From Pseudohongiellaceae bacterium (GTDB lineage Bacteria > Pseudomonadota > Gammaproteobacteria > Pseudomonadales > Pseudohongiellaceae), in contig CBFIHS010000004.1 of NCBI GenBank assembly GCA_965662565.1, forward strand, positions 2,511 through 66,510: a stretch of DNA of 64,000 bases. The letters are read 5' to 3'. The notes beneath the pieces are model-generated. The model saw nothing but the letters and a program-made list of their open reading frames with translations. It had not been told where the DNA came from and did not search any database. Both the position numbers and the translations under genes were made by a program. Of the stretch, positions 52,423 through 61,529 are shown one piece after another. The first letter of the stretch is position 1. Each line of letters opens with the position of its first letter.

Positions 52423-53712
52423 TTAAGAATCTTTACTTGCGGTTTTACTTGGCAGTGCTTCTTCATTGGACTCATACATCAAGAGTGGTTCAGATTCACC
52501 ATTTATAACGGCCTCATCGATAACAACCTTAGTTACTCCATTCTGAGATGGAATGTTATACATCGAATCCAAAAGGACTGCTTCCATGATTGAACGCAAT
52601 CCTCTAGCACCAGTTTTTCTTTCTTGAGCTTTACGAGCTATAGCTTTTAAGGCATCTGTACGGAATTGTATTTCAACTCCTTCCATTTCAAAAAGCTTTG
52701 CGTATTGTTTGGTGAGCGAATTTTTTGGCTCAGTCAATATCTTAACTAAGGCATCTTCATCCAACTCGTTTAGGGTAGCGATCATAGGCAAACGACCAAC
52801 AAATTCAGGTATTAAGCCATATTTCACTAAATCTTCAGGCCCAACACTTTGCAGTGCTTCACCTATATTTTTGTGAGTATCAGTTTTTTTCATTTCTGCT
52901 GAAAAACCAATACCACTTTTATCTGATCGATCTCGGATTATTTTGTCTAAACCAGCAAAAGCTCCACCACAAATAAACAAGATATTAGAAGTATCTACTT
53001 GTAAGAACTCTTGTTGAGGGTGTTTACGCCCACCTTGAGGCGGAACAGAAGCAAGAGTTCCTTCGATCAGTTTCAGTAAGGCCTGCTGCACCCCTTCACC
53101 TGATACATCTCTGGTAATGGAAGGGTTATCGGATTTACGAGCTATTTTGTCTATCTCGTCAATATAAACAATACCAATTTGAGCTTTATCAACATCATAG
53201 TCGCATTTCTGCAGTAATTTTTGGATGATGTTTTCAACATCTTCACCCACATAGCCAGCTTCTGTAAGAGTTGTAGCATCGGCAATAGTGAAAGGAACAT
53301 CTAGTAAGCGAGCTAAAGTTTCAGCTAGTAATGTTTTACCGGTACCAGTTGGCCCGACAATCAAAATATTACTTTTGCTTAACTCTATTGTTTCATTGGT
53401 ACTTTGGAAATTTAAGCGCTTGTAATGATTGTAAACCGCTACTGCCAGTGTTTTCTTAGCAGTATCTTGACCAATCACATATTCATCTAGCGTATTACGG
53501 ATTTCCTCTGGAGTTGGTAGGTGGCGTTCACCACTTTCTTCGGACTTTTCCTGTATTTCTTCACGAATGATGTCATTACAAAGATCGACGCATTCGTCAC
53601 AAACAAAAACTGAAGGGCCAGCTATTAGCTTTCTAACTTCATGTTGGCTTTTTCCACAAAATGAACAGTAAAGTAATTTTCCTGAATCATCTTTTTTGTC
53701 TTTATCTGACAT
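52423..53712 (-). CDS. clpX: ATP-dependent Clp protease ATP-binding subunit ClpX
   Basis: 429 aa. Zinc finger CSFCGK...CDEC and Walker A GPTGTGKT. Confidence 0.96.
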   Translation of the reverse strand: MSDKDKKDDSGKLLYCSFCGKSQHEVRKLIAGPSVFVCDECVDLCNDIIREEIQEKSEESGERHLPTPEEIRNTLDEYVIGQDTAKKTLAVAVYNHYKRLNFQSTNETIELSKSNILIVGPTGTGKTLLAETLARLLDVPFTIADATTLTEAGYVGEDVENIIQKLLQKCDYDVDKAQIGIVYIDEIDKIARKSDNPSITRDVSGEGVQQALLKLIEGTLASVPPQGGRKHPQQEFLQVDTSNILFICGGAFAGLDKIIRDRSDKSGIGFSAEMKKTDTHKNIGEALQSVGPEDLVKYGLIPEFVGRLPMIATLNELDEDALVKILTEPKNSLTKQYAKLFEMEGVEIQFRTDALKAIARKAQERKTGARGLRSIMEAVLLDSMYNIPSQNGVTKVVIDEAVINGESEPLLMYESNEEALPSKTASKDS

Positions 53713-53827
53713 TGAACAGAACTCCGTTACTGGCTAGGCTAGAGAGCTACCAAAGCCGATTCTAGCAATAACAATAAGATGAGGGTATTTTGACGATTTT
53801 ACAAGCCCTCTAGAAGATATTTTTATC

Positions 53828-53893
53828 TTCTTCTAGCATTCTTCTAGGGTTCTTCTAGCCTTCTTCAAGCCTTTTCCTAGCCTTCTTCAGTAG
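53828..53893. repeat. Six tandem 11-nt units spanning the clpP stop codon and the first ~50 nt of the clpP-clpX spacer
   Basis: Plus strand: TTCTTCTAGCA TTCTTCTAGGG TTCTTCTAGCC TTCTTCAAGCC TTTTCCTAGCC TTCTTCAGTAG. In minus sense the array starts inside ...ACT GAA GAA GGC TAG (the ClpP end), with near-copies of GAAGAAGGCTA following. Confidence 0.85.
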
Positions 53894-54566
53894 GAGCATC
53901 CATAACACGCTTAGACAGGACTTGGTCTATTAAGCCATATTTTAGAGCTTCATCAGCATCCATGAAATTATCGCGCTCTGTATCTGTAGCTATAGTTTCA
54001 ATGTTCTGCCCTGTATGCTCAGCCATGATTCTATTGAGTTTTTCTCGAATTTTTAAAATTTCCTGAGCATGGATATTGATATCAGAAGCCTGACCTTGAT
54101 AGCCGCCGCTAGGTTGATGAATCATTACCCTAGAGTTTGGCAATGCATAACGCTTACCTTTGGAGCCACCTGCAAGTAAGAAAGCCCCCATGCTAGCCGC
54201 TTGACCAATACACATGGTGCTAACATCTGGTTTTATGAACTGCATAGTGTCGTATATAGACATTCCCGCCGAAACTGAACCGCCTGGAGAGTTGATGTAA
54301 AAATGGATGTCTTTTTCTGGATTTTCTGATTCGAGAAATAAAAGCTGAGCCACGATCAAATTAGCCATGTGATCTTCAACAGGGCCAACCATAAAGATAA
54401 CACGCTCTTTCAATAAGCGAGAGTATATGTCGTATGATCTCTCACCTCTGGCTGTTTGTTCAACAACCATGGGAACTAACGCTGATTCAATTGCTTTAGC
54501 TTGGTGATCTGATATTGCCATATTCATTTCCATTTTTTGTGAACAGCCTAAAGTTAATAGGCTCAC
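53877..54566 (-). CDS. clpP: ATP-dependent Clp protease proteolytic subunit
   Basis: Catalytic context GQAASMGAF (Ser) and MIHQP (His). The real start is probably one of the internal ATGs at 54533, 54527 or 54521 (MEMNMAISD...). Confidence 0.95.
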   Translation of the reverse strand: MSLLTLGCSQKMEMNMAISDHQAKAIESALVPMVVEQTARGERSYDIYSRLLKERVIFMVGPVEDHMANLIVAQLLFLESENPEKDIHFYINSPGGSVSAGMSIYDTMQFIKPDVSTMCIGQAASMGAFLLAGGSKGKRYALPNSRVMIHQPSGGYQGQASDINIHAQEILKIREKLNRIMAEHTGQNIETIATDTERDNFMDADEALKYGLIDQVLSKRVMDAPTEEG

Positions 54567-54583
54567 TCAGATTGATTTTAAGC

Positions 54584-55993
54584 TTAATCTTCAGGTTTTT
54601 TTGGTTCTGCCTTGGCCTTTTTCTTTTTCGCTTTAGCAGGCTTTTTCTCTTCAGACTGTTCAGCACTCTCTTCAGAATCTGCTGTCACTTTACTCTGTGG
54701 AGGCTGAAGAACGTCTTCATAATTCGTCACTATTTCTGTGACACTAGCTTTGTCTAAAATGAGGTCAATCACTGTTTCTTCAAGAGCCAGGTTTTCTATC
54801 TGTGCTAATTGATCTTTATCATTGTAATACCAGTTGATAACCTCTTCAGGATTCTCATACCCGGTAGCCATTTCTTCTATCAAAGTACGAACTTTAGCTG
54901 GCTCAGCTTTCAGTTCATTTTTCTCAATAATTTCATTCAATATCAGCCCTACAGAAACCCTTTGCTCAGCTTGTGCTTGGAACATTTCAGCAGGTAATAA
55001 TGAAGGGTCAATTTGTTGGTTGCCTCCATATTGTTGTATTGCTTGCTGGCGAAGATTATTGATCTCGTTATCGACCATTGCTTTTGGTGAGCTGACATCA
55101 GTCACTTCAAGCAGGCCTTCTATAACTTGGTTTTTAAGATTATTCTTTGCAGCATTTTTGAGTTCTCGGGTCATGTTGTTTTTAATTTCTTCTCGGAACT
55201 TTTCTTCACCACCCTCTTTGACATCAAAGGAACTAAAAAAATCATCATTAAGCTCTGGCAGAGCAGACTCAGATACCGAATTTATATGTACTTTAAACTC
55301 ACAGTCCTTACCTGCGTAATCTTCTTTATGATACTGTTCAGGAAATTGCAGCTTTAATACTACATCTTCATCTTTCTTGGCGCCTAAAAGGCCGTCTTCA
55401 AACCCAGGAATCATAGTATTTGAGCCAAGTATTAATTTACTACCTTTAGCCGCGCCACCTTCAAATTCTTCGCCGTCTATTTCGCCCACAAAATCAATAT
55501 CTAATTGGTCATCATTTATTGCAGCACGTTCAACTTCTACAAAAGTTTTACGCTGCTCCCGTAGCGTCTGGATCATTTTATCAATGTCAGTGTCATTTAT
55601 TTCTGCAGTTTTCTTTTCGATTTCAATTTTTGAAAAGTCCCCTGGAACCACATCAGGAAATACTTCAAATATAGCGGTGAAAGTTAAGTTTTCACCTGCT
55701 TTAATATTGACGGGTTCTATTTTTGGGTAACCTGCAGGCTTAACTTTTTCTTGAGAAACAGCTTCATAATAGGACTGATTCATCACTTCACTTAGGACTT
55801 CTTGACGCAAACCTTCACCGAAACGATCTTTTATCACTTTTATAGGAACCTTCCCCTTACGAAAACCTTTCATCTGAAAAGTTTTTGCGGCATCAGAAAG
55901 ACGGCTCTGTAATTGGCTGTCAATTTTTTCGGCGGGAACTTCAATAGTTAGTTTTCGCTCCAAATCGGAGAGCGTCTCAAGAGAAACTTGCAT
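54584..55993 (-). CDS. tig: Trigger factor, with a Lys/Glu-rich C-terminal tail
   Basis: 469 aa. MQVSLETLSDLERKLTIEVPAEKI..., an FKBP-type middle domain, and the canonical position upstream of clpP. Confidence 0.93.
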   Translation of the reverse strand: MQVSLETLSDLERKLTIEVPAEKIDSQLQSRLSDAAKTFQMKGFRKGKVPIKVIKDRFGEGLRQEVLSEVMNQSYYEAVSQEKVKPAGYPKIEPVNIKAGENLTFTAIFEVFPDVVPGDFSKIEIEKKTAEINDTDIDKMIQTLREQRKTFVEVERAAINDDQLDIDFVGEIDGEEFEGGAAKGSKLILGSNTMIPGFEDGLLGAKKDEDVVLKLQFPEQYHKEDYAGKDCEFKVHINSVSESALPELNDDFFSSFDVKEGGEEKFREEIKNNMTRELKNAAKNNLKNQVIEGLLEVTDVSSPKAMVDNEINNLRQQAIQQYGGNQQIDPSLLPAEMFQAQAEQRVSVGLILNEIIEKNELKAEPAKVRTLIEEMATGYENPEEVINWYYNDKDQLAQIENLALEETVIDLILDKASVTEIVTNYEDVLQPPQSKVTADSEESAEQSEEKKPAKAKKKKAKAEPKKPED

Positions 55994-56138
55994 GTATAAA
56001 CCTCAATACGGAAATAGCAGGGCTTAGGCTGTGAAAATTAAATAATATATTAGAAATCAGCAGCTTATTTAAGCCAGGAAGCAAACAGGAGCGGATTGTG
56101 CCATAGCCACTAAGCAGTTTCAATAGCCAGAACCACGG

Positions 56139-56173
56139 GCTTAGGACTACATTCTAATTTTTAAGTCCTAAGC
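56139..56173. other. Perfect 10-bp inverted repeat (hairpin) inside the long ORF-free region upstream of tig
   Basis: GCTTAGGACT (56139-56148), 15-nt loop, AGTCCTAAGC (56164-56173). No T tract on either strand. Confidence 0.6.
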
Positions 56174-56708
56174 GATTATTGCTTATAAAACAAAAAATAA
56201 ATATTATTTTTCCATCAAGGAAATAAGTTCTTAATTGCAATAGATTTTTTCTTAAAACTGCTTCGAAAAAACAGCTAATATCTGCTAAATATAAAAAAAT
56301 TATTTTTTGAAATTACTGCGCTAAGCATTTGAAAACGCGCTCTATTCAAGGGCCTTATTTCTTAATAAGCAATCATAGGTAATTGTTTTAAATAAGGTTA
56401 TTGCTTTTACTGCTAAATCGAATACAAATTCAAAATATACAATTTGGCATATTTTTTGCGATATATATTCTTACAAATCTCATCAGTATATTTCGGCTTA
56501 CTCGCTAGCTTAAGGTGTAAAATAAATTTTCTAGATCTGTATTCTTTATATAGAACTCTGAATATAAAACATTTTTTCAGGGCTATTTAATTATAGATTA
56601 AGAGTAGAAATACCTTATCGCGACAGCTCAAATATAGTTTTCATCTTGAGCTAGCGAAGACCAAGCCTTGAAATTCAACTATCAAAAAAACGCCGAAAAC
56701 CTATTGAC

Positions 56709-59219
56709 CTAAGCCTCTTTCCCTAAAGGCTTAAAAGTAATCAGTAGTTGAGGCAATAAAGTCATCGCACCAATTAATGCTATAAGCATCGCTAGACTTG
56801 TTAGCAAGCCGAAATAAATTGTCGGAATGAAGTTTGAAAAGACTAAAATTGAAAAACCAACAATAATGGTAAAGCTTGTGAAGTACATAGCTTGTCCAAT
56901 GCTGCTATGACAATATCGCATCGTATCTGCATAGTTTTTATGTTCAGGAAAATACAATTTAAAACGATGTATATAGTGGATAGTATTATCTACTCCAATC
57001 CCGACAGAGATCGCTGCAATCGTAATTGTCATCATATCTAAAGGAATATTAAGCCAGCCCATAAGCCCTAACACAGAAGATGCAGCTAATATATTGGGAA
57101 TAATTCCCAAAACAGCCAATTTAAGAGATCTGAACAAGACAATAAACATACAAAAAATCACGATGAGAACGATGCTCAAAGTCAGGATTTGCGAATCGAA
57201 TAAACTGAGCAGCATGTTGTTGTATAAAACAAACATTCCTGAAAGCTTGACCTGCTCGTTCGTCAGATCAAAATTCTCAACTAAACCAGAACGAATCTCT
57301 TGCAAGAGCTCATTACGAACCAAGCCTGGCTGAGTTTCTAAGACTCGAATTGAAAAACGTACCTGGTCATTCTCAATTGATACAAAAGGAGTAATTAAGG
57401 TGTCTATGTATTCTTCAGGTAATAAATTATACAGGACGGCAAGCTCTAAATTATCTAGAGGCTCATTATCATTTAGCTCGTAGACCACTTGAAGAATTGT
57501 GCCTAAAGAGAGTATTTTTCCAGTTTCAGGCAGACTGTCGAGATAATTGTGTATGTCCAGAATGAGTGCCGTTTTATCAGCAGTAAACCAGTAACCTTCA
57601 CTTTCATCCGAAAAGTCATCGTCAAAGAAGAAGTCGTCTTCAGCAGTGAAGAAGTCATCATCAAAATCATCTGCTTCAGAAACATTTGCTGCTTCCCCTA
57701 CCTCTTGGTTTTGATTTTCTTCAGCTGGGTAAAGGTCCACGATGACATCAAGAGGAGTTGTCCCACCCATATTCTGATCTATTGAAACCATACCCTGATA
57801 GATTTCTGTACTTTCATCAAAATAATCAATAAAGCTGTTTTCGACTTTTAAACGGTTCATTCCCGTAACGCTAAAAACAAAAAGAAGACCTGCAATTACT
57901 AGAACCAAAGCACCATAACGTGAGGTGAAACTTGCTAAATAAGGAGTGACATCAACAAACCGCTTTGTCGATGAAGACTTATTCTCATTGAGCAGCGACA
58001 TCACAGAAGGGAAAACCAAAAAAGTTAGCATAAAAGCTAAGGCTACACCCAAGACCATCATTAATCCGAAGTTAATAATCGGGGGAATTTCGCTACTTAT
58101 TAAAGAGCCAAAGGCCACAATAGTAGTCAAACTTGTATAAGCACATGGTGCCAACATGTTTTTTAAAGCAAGCCCTACCCTTTCTTGGTGAGTGTGTCCC
58201 TCTCCTGTGGACTCAAGCTCTCTATAACGAACAATTAAATGAACGTTGAGGGAAATTGTGATAATCAACAACAATGAAATAAAGTTTGAAGAAATAACCG
58301 TTACTGGCCAATCTAATAAGCCTAATAGTCCTACAATCCCTATAGTGGTAACGGCACATGAAAGTAGAGGCAAACTTATATAGCGAACCTTTCTAAATAA
58401 ATAGCCTAGCGTAAGCACAATAAACACTAAAATTGCCAGACCAAATGTTCGTAAATCATTTTGCACAAAAGTCACAAGATCATCTGCAATCATTGGGACT
58501 CCGCCCATTCTGATCTCTGCATTGTCCTTATACTCATCTAAAATTGAGCGTATTTCTGCGATATCATTATGTCGGTTTTCATCGGCGTTGGTGTCTAATT
58601 CCCTATATTCCTGTTCTATTTGCTCTAACTCTTCTTTTTGGGCTAGACTCAAAGAGCTTTGCTCGATTGCTCTTAAACCAGCCCTGATACTGGCAATCTC
58701 GTCTCGCTCAACAGCAGGAGCAAAATTAACAACCAATGCAGTGGTTTTAGCGTCTTCACTTAATAGCAGGTTTCGATAAGCAAGGTTACTAGCTAAATCA
58801 GCTTTTGCGGCCTCTAGATTAATATCAGGGTCGTTAAGAGTTTTTATATTGTCAGCCAGTTCTGCTAAAGGAACATCGGCAACCTTTAAAAGGGGCACAT
58901 TGAAAATGCTATTGATCGAACTCACTCTCTCCATTTTTGCGAGACGATTTTCTAGGCTTCTTAAAGAATCAAGTGAGGGCTGCTGAAAAAGCTCTCCGTA
59001 AGGCTTATAAGAAATAAAGACAAAATCGTTGTTACCGTATCTTTTATCCATCTCTCGAGAAAATTCAAGATCAGCATCGCCTTCTACAATCAATGTATCT
59101 GAAGAAGCATCCAGTCTAAAATACTGCGTAAACCAACCTAAAAAGATAGTTAAAACAAAAACCAACATAAGTGTTACTTTTGGTTTTTTTATGACCATTT
59201 GCAGATAGAAGGCAAGCAT
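56709..59219 (-). CDS. RND-superfamily exporter of the COG1033 / MMPL / HpnN-like type (two sterol-sensing-like six-TM bundles)
   Basis: 836 aa. Duplicated architecture: TM1, a large periplasmic loop, then five TMs, twice. Resembles predicted lipid exporters of the RND superfamily. Confidence 0.75.
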   Translation of the reverse strand: MLAFYLQMVIKKPKVTLMLVFVLTIFLGWFTQYFRLDASSDTLIVEGDADLEFSREMDKRYGNNDFVFISYKPYGELFQQPSLDSLRSLENRLAKMERVSSINSIFNVPLLKVADVPLAELADNIKTLNDPDINLEAAKADLASNLAYRNLLLSEDAKTTALVVNFAPAVERDEIASIRAGLRAIEQSSLSLAQKEELEQIEQEYRELDTNADENRHNDIAEIRSILDEYKDNAEIRMGGVPMIADDLVTFVQNDLRTFGLAILVFIVLTLGYLFRKVRYISLPLLSCAVTTIGIVGLLGLLDWPVTVISSNFISLLLIITISLNVHLIVRYRELESTGEGHTHQERVGLALKNMLAPCAYTSLTTIVAFGSLISSEIPPIINFGLMMVLGVALAFMLTFLVFPSVMSLLNENKSSSTKRFVDVTPYLASFTSRYGALVLVIAGLLFVFSVTGMNRLKVENSFIDYFDESTEIYQGMVSIDQNMGGTTPLDVIVDLYPAEENQNQEVGEAANVSEADDFDDDFFTAEDDFFFDDDFSDESEGYWFTADKTALILDIHNYLDSLPETGKILSLGTILQVVYELNDNEPLDNLELAVLYNLLPEEYIDTLITPFVSIENDQVRFSIRVLETQPGLVRNELLQEIRSGLVENFDLTNEQVKLSGMFVLYNNMLLSLFDSQILTLSIVLIVIFCMFIVLFRSLKLAVLGIIPNILAASSVLGLMGWLNIPLDMMTITIAAISVGIGVDNTIHYIHRFKLYFPEHKNYADTMRYCHSSIGQAMYFTSFTIIVGFSILVFSNFIPTIYFGLLTSLAMLIALIGAMTLLPQLLITFKPLGKEA

Positions 59220-59469
59220 AGAGTATCCAGAGAAATGACTAGTTGTTTCAAAACGATGAGATTATAGCTTAAGGAATACGGAAATACTTATTAATACTGA
59301 GGATATGAACCCACCTCAAAAGATAAAATCTCTACAATAGATTAGATCAACAAGTTGGATAGAGATATAGGAAAGTCTTGGCATTGTGAGAAAATTCAGG
59401 ATAATAGTGCCTTTTAGGGGAAAACTGCGAATCGACTCTCGCTTCGAAGGATTGTTGATTTATATTTGA

Positions 59470-59498
59470 GTAAGTCTAAGTAAGTCAAAGTAAAATAG
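59470..59498. repeat. 10-nt tandem repeat (about 2.8 copies) just upstream of the TPR/beta-barrel gene
   Basis: GTAAGTCTAA GTAAGTCAAA GTAAAATAG, 17-45 nt upstream of ATG 59515. Confidence 0.6.
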
Positions 59499-59514
59499 TT
59501 CAGGAAAAATTTTA

Positions 59515-60851
59515 ATGAAACAGTTCTATAACTTCATCCTATTGATTTTATTGCTTTCTGCTTTTTCCCTGGCTCAAGAACAAAGCCCAGATGCTCGCAA
59601 CGAACTAGTCGCTCGAATGAATGACCTAGTCCAGGCTGGGCGTTATCAAGAAGCGTATGATTTAGGCCAGACCGCCCTGTTTGATTACGAAGGCGAAGCA
59701 GATTTCGATTTTATCTACGGATTAGCCGCAATAGAAACTGGCGAAGTCTCAGAGGCAGTGTTTGCACTTGAAAGAGTCGCATTTACTAACAGGACTCAAC
59801 AACGCGTCCAGCTCGAATTGGCACGTGCATACTTTCTGAGTCAGAACTACGCAGCTTCAGAAACCCTATTTAATGAAGTTTTAGCTTCTACCCTTCCCAG
59901 AACGTTAGAAACAACATAGAAGCTTTTTTAGAGTTAATCGAGCAAGCTCAAAATTCAGCTGCAAGCACTCTGACTTGGGGATTTGGTTTTAATTACGGTA
60001 ATGATAATAATATTAATAGTGCAACCGAACTAGGTGTTATTGATACCCCCATCGGAGACGTTACTTTAAATGCTGGAGGCCAAAAACTAGCTGATGTTTT
60101 TAGAAACCTAACTGCAAATGTTAACTATTCGAAACCACTCTACAAGAGTCGCAGCCTAGCCTTATGAGGGAATTATAGTAATCGCAACAACCTTCATACT
60201 GATCAATTTGATCTCGACAAAGGCTCAATTCAGCTTGGATACAACCGCGGTTTAGATTCCAATATACGCTCTAACCATGCCTTTCGTGTACAGACCGTCA
60301 GATTGGATAATAGCGGATTTCAAAAGACCTACTCTCTTTTAAATACCATTCAAAGGATTGGCGGTGATGGCTGGTCTCAATCTTTGACTGACGCTTATAC
60401 CGCAGTGCGTTACGGAACAGGCTCCAACCCAAATACGAATCTTCGAGACATTAACCAAATATTGCTTTCAAGTGTTCTAACAAAAGCCAGTAACCGCAAT
60501 ATGCTGAGTATAAGCCTGTTTTATGGCGATGATAAAATTTTGAGAAATGCTGGTCGTAATAGCGCAACAGATTTTGTTGGAGCCGCAATTTCAGATCAGT
60601 TTTTACTTAAACCTCAGCACATACTTTTTACCAGAATTTCTGCCCAAAACAATGACCACAAAGGGCTTGATCCTATATTTAGTGTAAATAGAACAAATCA
60701 AATCGTATCGTCTACACTGGGCTGGATATGGCAGCCTAAACGAGGTGTTTCAATTACTACTGATTTCACATTCATTGATAATGAAAGCGCCATTGACTTA
60801 TACAGCTACGATAGAAAAAGGATACAGACCGATATACGCTTTCAATTTTAA
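59515..60851 (+). pseudogene. TPR + beta-barrel outer-membrane protein, Slam/DUF560-like (type XI secretion), inactivated by a frameshift and an in-frame TGA
   Basis: ORF 59515-59919 has a signal peptide plus TPR-like helices. The neighbouring frame, open from 59877, continues PSQNVRNNIEAFLELIEQAQNSAASTLTWGFGFNYGNDNNINSA...SLAL, then TGA at 60165-60167, then GNYSNRNN... into ORF 60303-60851, ending ...DNESAIDLYSYDRKRIQTDIRFQF with a terminal Phe as in OM barrels. Total length is ~445 codons. Confidence 0.65.
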
Positions 60852-60881
60852 AAAGCTTAAGCTGAATAATTTCTGTTTAAG

Positions 60882-60932
60882 CCCTTTCTTCTTTTGAGTC
60901 TTTTGCGTCTTTTACTTCTTTTACGCTTTTCC
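60882..60932. repeat. Degenerate ~9-nt tandem repeat (5-6 units) in the convergent spacer before msrB
   Basis: CCCTTTCTT CTTTTGAGT CTTTTGCGT CTTTTACTT CTTTTACG CTTTTCC. Confidence 0.6.
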
Positions 60933-60975
60933 TAAAGCTCAAACTGACATTACTCAATAAAAGGCTTTAAAAAAC

Positions 60976-61398
60976 TCAGCTATCTTCGTTTTTAAAATCA
61001 AGAGAAGCCGAATTAATACAGTATCGCAAGCCGCTTGGAGCTGGACCATCTGGAAACACATGCCCAAGATGCGCATCACACCGTGCACATAAAACTTCTG
61101 TTCTAGACATGCCATGGCTTGTATCCGTTTCTTCGTTTACATGCGACGCTTCTAGTGCATTCGTAAAACTGGGCCAGCCGCTTCCTGAATCAAACTTTTC
61201 GTCTGATTTAAACAAGGGTAAGTTACAGCAACGACAAAGATACTCTCCAGAATCATGATTATTTAAATATTCTCCTGTAAAGGCTCTTTCGGTTCCCTTC
61301 AATCTTGTTATCTGAAATTCTTCAGGGGTTAATTCTTGCTGCCAATCTTCATCCGTTTTTTTTATTTTTTCCATAACATCATCCAAGTTTGGCCTCAT
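60976..61398 (-). CDS. msrB: Peptide-methionine (R)-S-oxide reductase
   Basis: 140 aa. Zinc CxxC pairs (CRCC, CARC) and catalytic RYCINS. The start may be the internal MEKIKK at 61374. Confidence 0.92.
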   Translation of the reverse strand: MRPNLDDVMEKIKKTDEDWQQELTPEEFQITRLKGTERAFTGEYLNNHDSGEYLCRCCNLPLFKSDEKFDSGSGWPSFTNALEASHVNEETDTSHGMSRTEVLCARCDAHLGHVFPDGPAPSGLRYCINSASLDFKNEDS

Positions 61399-61529
61399 AG
61401 TTAAAAAATATAAGTACTAGTTATCGGATCAGCCTTTAAGTACAATCCGAGCCCGCCCAATTTAAGGCGTTTATAAAGTATAATCTGGACTGCAGTAGTA
61501 AAAAAGCCAATTAGAGTAATGGTAACAAT

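Noticed and set aside
53828-53893. Tandem repeat arrays (this one and those at 25353, 28083 and 60882) as possible CRISPR arrays.
   Set aside because: The units are 9-13 nt and directly abutting with no spacers, and there are no cas genes. They are not CRISPR.
54834-55319. A 161-aa plus-strand ORF. Many similar 60-120-aa ORFs sit antisense to or overlap large genes, for example 306-614, 7037-7237, 13270-13575, 17509-17871, 19953-20267, 31861-32193, 47738-48097 and 55377-55730.
   Set aside because: All lie wholly inside well-supported conserved genes on the opposite strand or in another frame. Their sequences are low-complexity and Ser/Leu/Ile-rich, typical of shadow ORFs in AT-rich DNA, with no motifs.
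55994-56708. tRNA, tmRNA, RNase P or 6S RNA in the long spacers (also 49662-49927 and 59220-59514).
   Set aside because: No GC-rich cloverleaf-like segments, no GGAAAGTCC-type RNase P core and no tmRNA tag frame were seen. A covariance-model scan would be needed to be certain.
60165-60167. In-frame TGA in the Slam-like gene as possible selenocysteine or Trp recoding.
   Set aside because: TGA is used as an ordinary stop by several intact genes here (msbA, exbD, lolD, the OppB-like permease). I see no hairpin immediately downstream, and the same gene also has a frameshift, so a nonsense mutation is the simpler reading.
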